Of a stretch of 48,367 nt of DNA, positions 25,098 through 33,833 are shown in pieces. Under the pieces are notes generated by a model that saw only the letters and a list, made by a program, of their open reading frames with translations, had not been told where the DNA came from and did no database searches. The position numbers were made by a program, and so were the translations under genes. Location of the stretch: contig JAOUEV010000023.1 in the NCBI GenBank assembly GCA_029858565.1, forward strand, positions 1-48,367. The letters run 5' to 3'. Source of the DNA: Nitrospirota bacterium (GTDB lineage Bacteria; Nitrospirota; UBA9217). Every line of letters starts with the position of its first letter. Positions within the stretch are counted from its first letter, which is position 1.

Positions 25098-25945
25098 TCA
25101 CCAGTCCCCGCAGTAGTCAAAGGCCTGCAGTTTCGTCAGCCGCTTCTGGAGCTCGCCCCGCTCCGACATCAGATAGAGGTTCGCAAGCGCTTCAGCGCCT
25201 TCCCAGTCGCAGTTGCTCGAGAAGACGATTCCGCTCCGGGACCAGACCGGAGACGAATCCGCACCCTGCGCCGGCGGCTGGAACAGGACCAATTCGCCGG
25301 TGTCCACGTTGATCTTGCGAAGATGGGGCTTTCCCGCGTCGCACCGGTAGATGAGCCAGGACCCGTCCGGCGACCAGGAGGGATTGGCGTGGGACGCGTC
25401 ATGGGTGGTCAGTTTCCGTTTGTTCCCGCCCGCCGGGTCCATGACCCAGATGTGCGATGACTCGGTGTCAGGAGGGAACTCGACAAAGGCGATCAGGTCC
25501 CCGCGGGGCGACCACATGGGGTTCAGGTGCTCCGAAGGGCCCTGTGTCAGCTGCGTGAATCCCGTGCCGTCCAGGGCGACCGCGTGCACCTGGGCCTTCC
25601 CGTTCCCGTCATTGCCGGAGAACACGAGCCTGCTGTCGTCGGACGACCAGTCAACGCTGCGGATGTTCAGATCGCCGGTCGTGATCTGGGCGGTCTTCCT
25701 GGTTGCCAGGTCCATGAAAAAGATGTTGTACAGGCCCTTGGGATGGTTCTTCGTGCTCACGAAAGCGATCATGCTGTGGTCCTTGTTGTACCGGGGCGCG
25801 GCGTTGTCCGTGTACTCCCCCTGTGGGCCGGGATTCATCGTGAGCCGCTCCTCGTTCTTCCCGTCCGGACCGATCATATAGATATCGTTGAACATTTCCT
25901 TGCCGTCACCGTTGAACCGGGTGAATACGATACGATCTTCTCCAT
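25098..25945 (-). pseudogene. TolB-like PD40 beta-propeller gene with an N-terminal 5-bp duplication frameshift
   Basis: Blades WSSDDSRLVF, PMWSPRGDLIAF, PSWSPDGSWLIY; SD-preceded ATG at 25945 is out of frame unless one TACGA copy (25926-25935) is removed; internal ATG at ~25895 might still yield protein. Confidence 0.7.
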
Positions 25946-26081
25946 GGAGAGACCTCTTTCTGACCGGGAATCTGAAAATGGACGACAGATTAACAAGGAA
26001 TGAAGGGAAAGTCAAACGGTAGAAACAGATGTGACATGGACGGCGCGGATCGGCCAACGAGATCATCCCGTTGCCCGTTGC

Positions 26082-26954
26082 TCAGGAACCTTGCGCTGCT
26101 TTCTTCCGCTTTTCATCGTACATCTGCGCGTCGGCGTCGCGGATCAGCTCGTCGACCGACGCGGGGCGGTCGGGATCAAAGACCGACAGGCCCATGCTGA
26201 CCGAAAGACGATAGGTCCCGTCGCGCCGCTGGTTATGCTCATCCAGCCGCTTCCGCAGCCGCTTCTGCACGGCCTCCACGTTCTCCTCTGTCGCGTTCAC
26301 CAGGACCACGGCGAACTCGTCGCCGCCCATGCGCGCGATGATGTCCGAGTCGCGGAAGGTCTCGCGGAATATCTGGGCCGCGTCGGCCAACGCCCGGTCC
26401 CCGGCGAGATGACCCTGGGTGTCGTTGATGGTCTTGAGGTTGTCCAGATCGGCGTAGAGCAGCACCATGCGCTCGCCCGTGCGGCGGACCTGGCGGATCT
26501 GCTGCTGGGCAAAAGCAAAAAAACCCCGGCGGTTCGACAGGCCGGTAAGCTCGTCGGTGATCGACAGCTCCCGCAGATGCTCCTGCAGCTTGGCATGCTT
26601 GATCCTGACCACCAGCTCATGGATCGTGAAGGGTTTCTTGATGAAGTCCACAGCGCCGGCCCGCACTGCCTCATCGTAGGAGAACTCCTCCACAAAACCG
26701 GTCATGACAATGACCGTCAGCTCGGGCTGGATCTTCTTGGCCCTGCTCACCAGCTCCAGGCCCCGCATGCCCGGCATCACGATGTCGGTCAGGAGAATGT
26801 CGACGGACAGGCGCTGCAGGGATTCGATGGCGTCCTCGCCGCGGGTGTAGGCGTCGCAACTGTACCCTTCCATGACCAGCGATTGCCTGAGGATATCCAG
26901 GATCGAGACATCGTCATCAACGACCATGATGTTCGGTTTCGGGTTCATCGTCAT
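26082..26954 (-). CDS. Response-regulator diguanylate cyclase (REC-GGDEF)
   Basis: VVDDD, TDIVMPGMRG, DFIKKP; DELTGLSNRR, RDSD I-site, intact GGDEF. Confidence 0.95.
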   Translation of the reverse strand: MTMNPKPNIMVVDDDVSILDILRQSLVMEGYSCDAYTRGEDAIESLQRLSVDILLTDIVMPGMRGLELVSRAKKIQPELTVIVMTGFVEEFSYDEAVRAGAVDFIKKPFTIHELVVRIKHAKLQEHLRELSITDELTGLSNRRGFFAFAQQQIRQVRRTGERMVLLYADLDNLKTINDTQGHLAGDRALADAAQIFRETFRDSDIIARMGGDEFAVVLVNATEENVEAVQKRLRKRLDEHNQRRDGTYRLSVSMGLSVFDPDRPASVDELIRDADAQMYDEKRKKAAQGS

Positions 26955-27082
26955 GCGCTCCCCTCTCCTAGCCCGAAACCATCATAGCATAAGTTCACGG
27001 TCCGAGGGCAAGAAAAATTTGACGGGAAAAGGAGATGGAACAGACGCCGTTCGTGACGGCAGGGGCTGCCGTACCGGCTGTT

Positions 27083-28033
27083 TCAGCGGTCGCGGAGCGG
27101 GGTGCCGGTGCGGGCGACGATCTCGGCATCGCCGGTCGCCAGGGTCGCGAGCACGGTCTTGCGGAGCTTCCTCACTTCGCCCAGACGTCGCAGCGCCCCG
27201 AAAAAGGACGCGTAATAGGGAAGGTCGAGCCAGAGAAAACTGACCAGAAGGCGGAGCGCGGTGTGGATATAGTTCGCGGCCCGAAAGGACGGATCAGTGA
27301 GATTGATCCAGTGGAACAGAAAGCGGTTCCTGAAGTAGATCGTACGCTTGACGCGTTTTTTTGTCCTGCCGATGGTCGCGCTTGAAAAATGATGGACCGT
27401 TGATGCCGGCTCGTACAGGCTCTTCCACCCGCGCTTCCATCCGCGGTAGGACAGGTCCACATCCTCGAACAGATAGGGGCAGTAGATCTCGGCGTAGCCG
27501 CCCAGGTCGCGGAGCTTTGCCGCGTCATATGCCACGCAGGCGCCGACGGCGTAAAGGTTCTCGCGGACGCCCCCGCGGGCATCAAGGGGCGCGAAACCGC
27601 CGCGGATGAATCCCTTGCCGAAGCCGCCGGACACGATGCCCTGGTTCTTTCCGTCCCGCTCCGCCAGGATGTTGGGCGTCACGGCGAATACGCCGCTGTC
27701 GCTGAAGTGCGTGAGCAGGGGCGCCACGAAATCGGGCTCCGCTTTTACGTCGTTGTTGATGCAGAGGATAATGGGATAACGCGCTTCCGCGAATCCGCGG
27801 TTGCAGGTGCGCGAAAAACCCGCGTTCGCCTGGTTGACGATCAGCTTCACCGCCGGGAACTCCCGCATGATCACCTTGCAGCTTTCGTCCACGCTGCAGT
27901 CGTCGACAATGATGATCTCGTGCGGCCCGCCCCAGCGGTTCAAAGCATTGATGATCGAGGGAATGTTATCTTTAAGCAGCGTTGTCCCGTTGTAGTTCGG
28001 GATCACAACACTGATGCCGGCAGGTTCGGTCAT
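27083..28033 (-). CDS. Glycosyltransferase family 2
   Basis: ISVVIPNYNG, IIVDDCSVD, NAGFSRTCNRG, INND, FEDVDLSYR. Confidence 0.92.
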   Translation of the reverse strand: MTEPAGISVVIPNYNGTTLLKDNIPSIINALNRWGGPHEIIIVDDCSVDESCKVIMREFPAVKLIVNQANAGFSRTCNRGFAEARYPIILCINNDVKAEPDFVAPLLTHFSDSGVFAVTPNILAERDGKNQGIVSGGFGKGFIRGGFAPLDARGGVRENLYAVGACVAYDAAKLRDLGGYAEIYCPYLFEDVDLSYRGWKRGWKSLYEPASTVHHFSSATIGRTKKRVKRTIYFRNRFLFHWINLTDPSFRAANYIHTALRLLVSFLWLDLPYYASFFGALRRLGEVRKLRKTVLATLATGDAEIVARTGTPLRDR

Positions 28034-28124
28034 AGTGGCGCATCATAACATATTTATCATCGGAAGGACCATGGAAAAGGGCGGGAAAGCCTGAACAGGC
28101 GCATGGACCCCGGCACGTATTGGT

Positions 28125-28241
28125 TCACTCGTTGTCGGGCTTTCGGTACTTTTTCGAGAGCCAGTCGGATATCTGCAGAAGCCCGGCGATGATCGTGACG
28201 ACCAGAGCGAGCAGCGCGAGCAGTTCAAGGACGGCAGCCAT
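28125..28241 (-). CDS. Small single-TM protein (38 aa; not in ORF track)
   Basis: MAAVLELLALLALVVTIIAGLLQISDWLSKKYRKPDNE*; TACAAT 9 nt upstream. Confidence 0.5.
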   Translation of the reverse strand: MAAVLELLALLALVVTIIAGLLQISDWLSKKYRKPDNE

Positions 28242-28374
28242 GGTAATCACATTGTACCGGAACCGCGGGAAGAAGAAAAGCGTTTCTGCGGGAAGCCTGT
28301 CCGCTGGTCAGCTGCCGTGACGCAGGGGTGACGGGGGCCGCACAGGAAGTGCCTGCCCCGCCGCCCGGAACATG

Positions 28375-28686
28375 CTATTTCGACCGCACCCGCACGCTGA
28401 CCGCGCTGATGTCATCGATCCGCACCACGGCATCGTAGAATTCCTTGCCGCGAAGCTCTGCAAGTACCATCACGTTCTGGTGCACCGGGCCGACCTTGCC
28501 GGACAGTGTCGTTCCCGAGCGGAGCGTCAGGTCCACGGACGCTCCTGCGAGCGATCCAAGCACCTCTGCCATGGTGCTTCCCGGCCGGATCTCCAGTTTC
28601 TTGTCCTCGGCCCCGGCCGCTGTTGCCAGCGTGAACAGCACTGCAACGCACATCATCAGCACGATCGTTCTCATGGTCGTTCTCAT
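28375..28686 (-). CDS. Exported small hypothetical protein, possible Sm/LSm-like beta fold
   Basis: Signal peptide (AGA-ED); VDLTLRSGTTLSGKV...GKEFYDAVVRIDDISAV; AGGGGAG SD. Confidence 0.7.
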   Translation of the reverse strand: MRTTMRTIVLMMCVAVLFTLATAAGAEDKKLEIRPGSTMAEVLGSLAGASVDLTLRSGTTLSGKVGPVHQNVMVLAELRGKEFYDAVVRIDDISAVSVRVRSK

Positions 28687-28717
28687 TCTCTCCCCTTTCG
28701 CCTGCGTGACATGAATA

Positions 28718-30172
28718 TCAAGCAGGGACCGCTCCTGCGAGCCTCATCTTGTGGTTCTTCTCGACGCCCCGCGACAGGAAAGTGAGCCCCGCGGCAAGAA
28801 CAAGTACCGCGGCCGCTGCCAGATAGGCGTCATCGTAGCTGCCGGTCCCCGATGTCTTCTTCGCGGCCTCGAACAGCTTCCCGGCAAGGAGCGGGAACAC
28901 GAAACCGCCGACGCCCCATGCCGTGAACACCAGTCCGTAATTGATGCCGAAGTTCTTCAGCCCGAAGTTGTCCTTGACCGCCGAGGGGAACACGGAAAGG
29001 CAGGCGCCGTAATTGAAGCCCAGCAGCATGGAAACAATGATAAATGCCGTCATGTCATGCAGGCCCGTTCGCAGCACCATCATCAGGACCGCCTGGAACA
29101 GGAAGATGATGAACATGGTCCAGATGCGGCCGATCCGGTCGGAGAGCATGCCCGCGATGATCCGGCCCGCGGCATTCCCGATGGCCAGCAGCGCCACAAG
29201 GATAAATCCCGCCTCGATCTTCCCGATCTTGGCTATGGTCGTGATGTTCCCGATGATCATGAGCCCGGCGCCCGAAGCGCAGGCGTACATGGTCCAGAGA
29301 AGATAGAAGAGCGGCGTCCTCAGGATCTCCAGGGGCCCCAGGTTCGACGCGGGAGCGTCGGCGGCCCGATGCCCGCCGGGAACAACATCGGGCGGCTGAT
29401 ACCCCGGCGGCGGGGCGACCAGGAACCGGGCCAGCGCCGTGACAATGATCATGAACCCGATGCCGAAATAGAACATGGTCCGGTGAATATTCCGTTCCTT
29501 CAGCGCCAGCAGCTGCGCCGCAGCGCCCTTCCGGGCGATGTCCTTTGCCTCCAGCTCCTGGGCGAAGTGGGTAATATCGGCGCCGCCGAACTCCGCCTGG
29601 GAGGTCGTCATGACCTTCCGGGCCGCGTCATAGTCCCTGTCAGCCAACTCCTTGGCCCGTGCCAGTTCCACGACCGCGGGTATCGGCTGACCGGTAAGCG
29701 TGAATCCCGAGAGATGGTTCGCGATCGGCGATATGTAGACCGAGGCAAGTCCGAACCCCGCCACCACGAGCCCCGCGATGAGGCCGGTCTTTCTGGCGGA
29801 GAACCATTTGACCGCCGGCGGCGTGGCCGACGCGTAGCCCAGACCGATGCCGGCTCCGGCGAACACGCCGAATCCGATCACGAACCAGAGCACGGTGTTC
29901 GCATAGGAGGCGATGATGCAGCCGATGCCCGTAAGGATCCCGCCTGCGGTGGCAACCCACCGCGGCCCGATCTTGTCCTGCAGCCTGCCGGCGGGAACCA
30001 TCACGAGAGCGAAGACGATGCAGGCGATGGAGTAGGGCAGCGCCTTGTCCGCGTCGGTCCACCCCCATTCAGCGGGGATCGCCTTCTTGATCACGCTCCA
30101 GGTGTAGAGCACGCCGAGGGCAAGATTGATCCCCATGCCCGCGAACGTCACGGTCCATCCCTTGTTCTTCAT
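28718..30172 (-). CDS. MFS transporter, oxalate/formate antiporter (OFA) family
   Basis: GINLALGVLYTWSV, GRLQDKIGPR, AVKWF..KTGLIAG, FGLKNFGINYG; 12 TMs with an extra helical loop. Confidence 0.9.
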   Translation of the reverse strand: MKNKGWTVTFAGMGINLALGVLYTWSVIKKAIPAEWGWTDADKALPYSIACIVFALVMVPAGRLQDKIGPRWVATAGGILTGIGCIIASYANTVLWFVIGFGVFAGAGIGLGYASATPPAVKWFSARKTGLIAGLVVAGFGLASVYISPIANHLSGFTLTGQPIPAVVELARAKELADRDYDAARKVMTTSQAEFGGADITHFAQELEAKDIARKGAAAQLLALKERNIHRTMFYFGIGFMIIVTALARFLVAPPPGYQPPDVVPGGHRAADAPASNLGPLEILRTPLFYLLWTMYACASGAGLMIIGNITTIAKIGKIEAGFILVALLAIGNAAGRIIAGMLSDRIGRIWTMFIIFLFQAVLMMVLRTGLHDMTAFIIVSMLLGFNYGACLSVFPSAVKDNFGLKNFGINYGLVFTAWGVGGFVFPLLAGKLFEAAKKTSGTGSYDDAYLAAAAVLVLAAGLTFLSRGVEKNHKMRLAGAVPA

Positions 30173-30274
30173 GGCTGTTCCTCTTAGATCGCTTCAGATG
30201 GGTGCAAACAGTTCATAAAGGGAGGATAGCAAAGGGGGCGGGAAAAGTCCAATGACGGAACAGCTTAAAATAAC

Positions 30275-30368
30275 GATCCGCAGATCGCGCGGATTTTCAC
30301 AGATCATAGATCCAACTCGCCTGTTGGTTTATGAGGCAATCTGCGTCCATCTGCGCAATCTGCGGATC
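30275..30368. repeat. Inverted pair of nonamer arrays with perfect 11-bp ends
   Basis: GATCCGCAGAT...ATCTGCGGATC termini; atctgcg repeated three times in the right arm. Confidence 0.85.
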
Positions 30369-30407
30369 AGAGCTTTCTTTAATTATCCAGCGAATTGATT
30401 TGTTGAA

Positions 30408-31148
30408 TTACTTCTTCCCGTTCCCGCAGGCCGGGCATTCGGGGTCCTTCCGGATCTTGTACTTCTTGAAATCCGTGGTCGCCCCCTCCCAGACCAGGAG
30501 CTGGCCCTTCAGGTTCGAGCCCGTGCCTGCCAGATACTTGATCGCCTCCAGGGCCTGGAGCGAACCGATCACCGCGGGCGTGGCTCCGAGAACAGGAAAG
30601 ACCTCCTTGGGCGGCGCTTCCGGGAAAATGCACTGGAGGCACGGGGTCTCCGGGGACTGGACAAAGGAGAGCCTGCCGTCGGTGCCCCAGATGCTGCCGT
30701 AGACCAGCGGGATCTTCTTGCGGATCGCGCATTCGTTCAGCAGGAACCGCGTGGGGAAATTGTCCATGCAGTCCATGATCAGGTCCGCGTTCCCCACCAG
30801 CTCGTCCACGTTCTCGGCAACGATCTTGTCGGTGATCGCCGTGACGTTGATGTCGCCGTTCAGCCGTTCCAGCGTCATCTTTGCGGACACGGCCTTGTTC
30901 GTGCCGATCCGCGTGTGATCGTGCAGGATCTGGCGGTTCAGGTTCGACCAGTCGGGCGAATCGAAATCGCAGATCCTGATGTTCCCGATCCCCGCCACCG
31001 CGAGATAGATCGAGACCGGCGACCCCAGGCCGCCCGCTCCGGCGATGAAGACCGTCGAGTTCTTGATCTTCTTCTGGGTCGCCTCTCCCCAGCCTTCCAT
31101 CATCATCTGCCTGGTGTAACGCTTCTGTTCCTGTTCTGATAAGCTCAT
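30408..31148 (-). CDS. ThiF/MoeB/HesA-family adenylyltransferase
   Basis: RYTRQ, GAGGLGS, SNLNRQ, DCMDNF, CLQC and CPAC Zn motifs; GGGGAGG SD before MSLSE. Confidence 0.92.
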   Translation of the reverse strand: MSLSEQEQKRYTRQMMMEGWGEATQKKIKNSTVFIAGAGGLGSPVSIYLAVAGIGNIRICDFDSPDWSNLNRQILHDHTRIGTNKAVSAKMTLERLNGDINVTAITDKIVAENVDELVGNADLIMDCMDNFPTRFLLNECAIRKKIPLVYGSIWGTDGRLSFVQSPETPCLQCIFPEAPPKEVFPVLGATPAVIGSLQALEAIKYLAGTGSNLKGQLLVWEGATTDFKKYKIRKDPECPACGNGKK

Positions 31149-31198
31149 GCCATCCTCCCCTGGATGCATCAAAGTCAAACTGATTACAAACACTTCAT

Positions 31199-31293
31199 TC
31201 TCGCACAAAGCCACGAAGAGCACGAAGAACTGCGCAGGATTCTTGAATCGAGAAGCACGCCTAACCTTCGTGATTTTGTGCCTTCGTGAGAGA
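31199..31293. repeat. Inverted pair of 8/9-mer arrays (CACGAAG ... CTTCGTG)
   Basis: tctcgcacaaagccacgaagagcacgaag ... cttcgtgattttgtgccttcgtgagaga. Confidence 0.85.
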
Positions 31294-31310
31294 CATGCCT
31301 TTGACGTTCG

Positions 31311-32165
31311 TCACTTCCTCAGGCTCACCCGCGCCTTTTTCACCATCCCGTCGGGCACGTACGATGACTTGAAGACCCGCAGGTTCTCCTTGTCCAGGTC
31401 CTGCTCCAGGTTCAGGTACTTGTACTTCGGCGGCAGGATCTTGGCGAAGTTGTTGAACAGGTACTGATATACACCCTTGAACCTGGTGCGCGCCTTGGCG
31501 AAATGGAGCACAAAAGTCTCGTCATTGATCTCCTCGCCGAGCACGAACCCGGCAGGCTCGCCCTCGGCGTAGTAGATCCCGCCGCACAGGATCAGCTCGT
31601 CATACAACTGCAGGGCTTCTTTGCAGGGACCGTAGTCGGTCGACGCGGGATCGACGCCCAGTTCGTCCCTCCACGCGTCCAGCACATACCGGGCGTCAGC
31701 CAGGCGGTCGCTGGTGAGCGGACGGGCCTCATGGGAGTAGGACTCAACGAACTGCTTCAGCAGGTTACGCTTCTTGTGCAGTTTCCGTCCGGCGTAGGAG
31801 CTCATCTTCTCCACCGTATAAAGGTAGTCGGCATCGCCGTCGAGGAACGTCGCTTCGAACCGGTCCTGCGGAAAGCTGGAAAGCCACGGTTCGGGGATCG
31901 GAAAGAGGAAATCCGCATCCTCAAGCTGGTCCTCGATGCAGGCCGTGCCCATGCGATCAACATGCTCCGTAAGCATCACATAGGTGCGGCCGTCATAGGT
32001 TTTGCCGCGCACGAATACATGGTCCCCGAGCACCACATCGTACTCGTGATTGTCACGAAAGAGGTAGAGGTTTGCAAAGCTGTATTCCGACAAAGGCTCG
32101 GAGATGTCCCGGAGCCGCTTGAACAGAAGATCCTTGTGCTGAAGTCCCAGGCGCTCGCGCTGCAT
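31311..32165 (-). CDS. DUF2156 / phosphatidylglycerol lysyltransferase C-terminal-like (GNAT) protein
   Basis: SEYSFANLYLF, DYLY, GRKLHKKRN, HFAKA, KGVYQY, LNLEQDL..ENLR..KSSY. Confidence 0.85.
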   Translation of the reverse strand: MQRERLGLQHKDLLFKRLRDISEPLSEYSFANLYLFRDNHEYDVVLGDHVFVRGKTYDGRTYVMLTEHVDRMGTACIEDQLEDADFLFPIPEPWLSSFPQDRFEATFLDGDADYLYTVEKMSSYAGRKLHKKRNLLKQFVESYSHEARPLTSDRLADARYVLDAWRDELGVDPASTDYGPCKEALQLYDELILCGGIYYAEGEPAGFVLGEEINDETFVLHFAKARTRFKGVYQYLFNNFAKILPPKYKYLNLEQDLDKENLRVFKSSYVPDGMVKKARVSLRK

Positions 32166-32292
32166 AGAGTGAATAATAGTGTGTTTTTCTGCTCTTGGCA
32201 AAGCTTTTTCTCACATCCCGGCCGGGCGGACCTTGAAACTTATGCTGAAATATGCTACAAGAACCCTAACAGATCCGCACAGGGGGGGGACC

Positions 32293-32655
32293 ATGAGCCG
32301 CGTACAGTTCATCGAACATAAAGGCAAGAAGATCCTGCATATGAACTTTTCCCATTGCAAGCCCGACGAGGTCCTGTCCATCATCGACCAGGCAAAGCCG
32401 GTCATCGCGGCCCAGCCTCCCAAGTCCCTCTGCACCCTCACGGACGTCACCGAAACAGGCTTCAACACCAAAGTGTCCGACTCGATGAAAGAGTTCGTGA
32501 CCCACAACAAGCCCTTTATCGTTGCTTCGGCCGTGGTCGGCGTCACCGGGCTGAAGCAGATCATCTTCAACGCGGTCATGAAGTTCAGCGGCCGCGAACT
32601 CCATGCCTTCGATACCCTGGACAAGGCAAAAGACTGGCTCTCGGAACATTCGTAA
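32293..32655 (+). CDS. Conserved hypothetical STAS/SEC14-like (SpoIIAA-like) protein
   Basis: FIEHKGKKIL, LTDVT, SAVVGVTGLK, FDTLDKAKDWL; G-rich SD. Confidence 0.7.
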   Translation: MSRVQFIEHKGKKILHMNFSHCKPDEVLSIIDQAKPVIAAQPPKSLCTLTDVTETGFNTKVSDSMKEFVTHNKPFIVASAVVGVTGLKQIIFNAVMKFSGRELHAFDTLDKAKDWLSEHS

Positions 32656-32831
32656 AACGTTGTACTCTGCCGCTTTACAGCTTAGCGCTTATCACTGGTC
32701 TCATAGCCCTTGTTTATCTGGCACTGCCTTTTCTGATCCTTCTTTGCCTTTTAGCCCTTCTGTAGCTTTTATATTCCGCCTTTTCTTCACCATCCCTTTC
32801 CTTGCCTTTCCGCTTCTGCTATCCTTGAATC

Positions 32832-33668
32832 ATGTACCGGAAGATCCTGACCGCGGTGAACGAACATGTCAATTCCGAGGTCGCGGCGCGCTATGCCAAG
32901 CACCTCGCCCGGATCACCGGCGCGCGTCTGCTGATCTGCTCGGTGCGGGAACCGGGCCAGCCGGAGCGTTCTTTCGACCTTGCCCGCGAAGCTGCGAAGC
33001 GGATCCAGCACCGGGCGCGGGAACTGGACATCGAGGCCGAAACCATCTTCACCGGCGGACGACCCCTGCCGGCGATCAGCGCCGTGGTCCGGTCCGAAGG
33101 CGTGGACCTCGCGGTCGTCGCAACCCGCCGCAAGGACGTGCGCCGGCAGTTCAACGCGCGATCCCTCCGGTCCCGCAGCGTGCTTCTCCGGCTTCCCTGC
33201 GCGGTCGCGCTCGTCCATGTGGTGCACCTGGGCAGGACCCACCCCAGCGAGATCCTCGTCCCCCTCAAGGAACACATCAAGGACATCCCCTCCCGCGCTT
33301 TCTTCACCGCCATGACCGCGAAGGCCTTCGGCGCCAAGGTCCACCTGTTCCACGTAATGCGGCCGCTGCGGACGTTCTTCCAGGGTGAAGTGCACCTGCG
33401 GCCGCTGGAAGAGGAGGGGAAGCTCGCACCCGATCTCTCCCGCTTCATCAACCACCTTGACGGCTATCACGTGGAACATGAGCGGCACCTCGCGCCGGGC
33501 GTGGCAGGAAAGAGCATAACCATCGAAGCGGCATCCCGCCGCAGGGACCTGATCATCATGGGAGCCAGCGAACGCGGGATCATTGACTTCCTGCTGCGCG
33601 GAAATCCCATGGAGTACGTGCTCCGGGAGACCCCGTGCAACCTCATCATTCTGAAAACCAGGGATTAA
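32832..33668 (+). CDS. Tandem universal stress protein
   Basis: MYRKILTAV; second domain ILVPL...DLIIMGAS...GNPMEYVLRETPCNLII. Confidence 0.9.
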   Translation: MYRKILTAVNEHVNSEVAARYAKHLARITGARLLICSVREPGQPERSFDLAREAAKRIQHRARELDIEAETIFTGGRPLPAISAVVRSEGVDLAVVATRRKDVRRQFNARSLRSRSVLLRLPCAVALVHVVHLGRTHPSEILVPLKEHIKDIPSRAFFTAMTAKAFGAKVHLFHVMRPLRTFFQGEVHLRPLEEEGKLAPDLSRFINHLDGYHVEHERHLAPGVAGKSITIEAASRRRDLIIMGASERGIIDFLLRGNPMEYVLRETPCNLIILKTRD

Positions 33669-33674
33669 GAAGCT

Positions 33675-33822
33675 AAAGACGGGCTATGAGAACAACAAGG
33701 GCTAGATGAATCAGGGCTAGAGGGATAAGCCGGGAATCAGAGATGCGTTGCAACAGGATTTCTGATCGCGCCTCTCCTTGCTCCTTGCATCTTACCCCTT
33801 ACCTCTTACCCCTTACACCTTC
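33675..33822. repeat. AGGGCTA-type array plus CTTACCC heptamer array
   Basis: gggctatgag, aacaagggcta, cagggctag; cttaccc cttacct cttaccc cttacac; complementary TAGCCCT motifs at ~32700-32760. Confidence 0.65.
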
Positions 33823-33833
33823 TCTTTCTTTCT

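Noticed and set aside
32603-32790. Hydrophobic TM-like ORF tails (e.g. 32355..32765)
   Set aside because: They arise from pyrimidine-rich intergenic repeats and overlap a better-supported gene in another frame.
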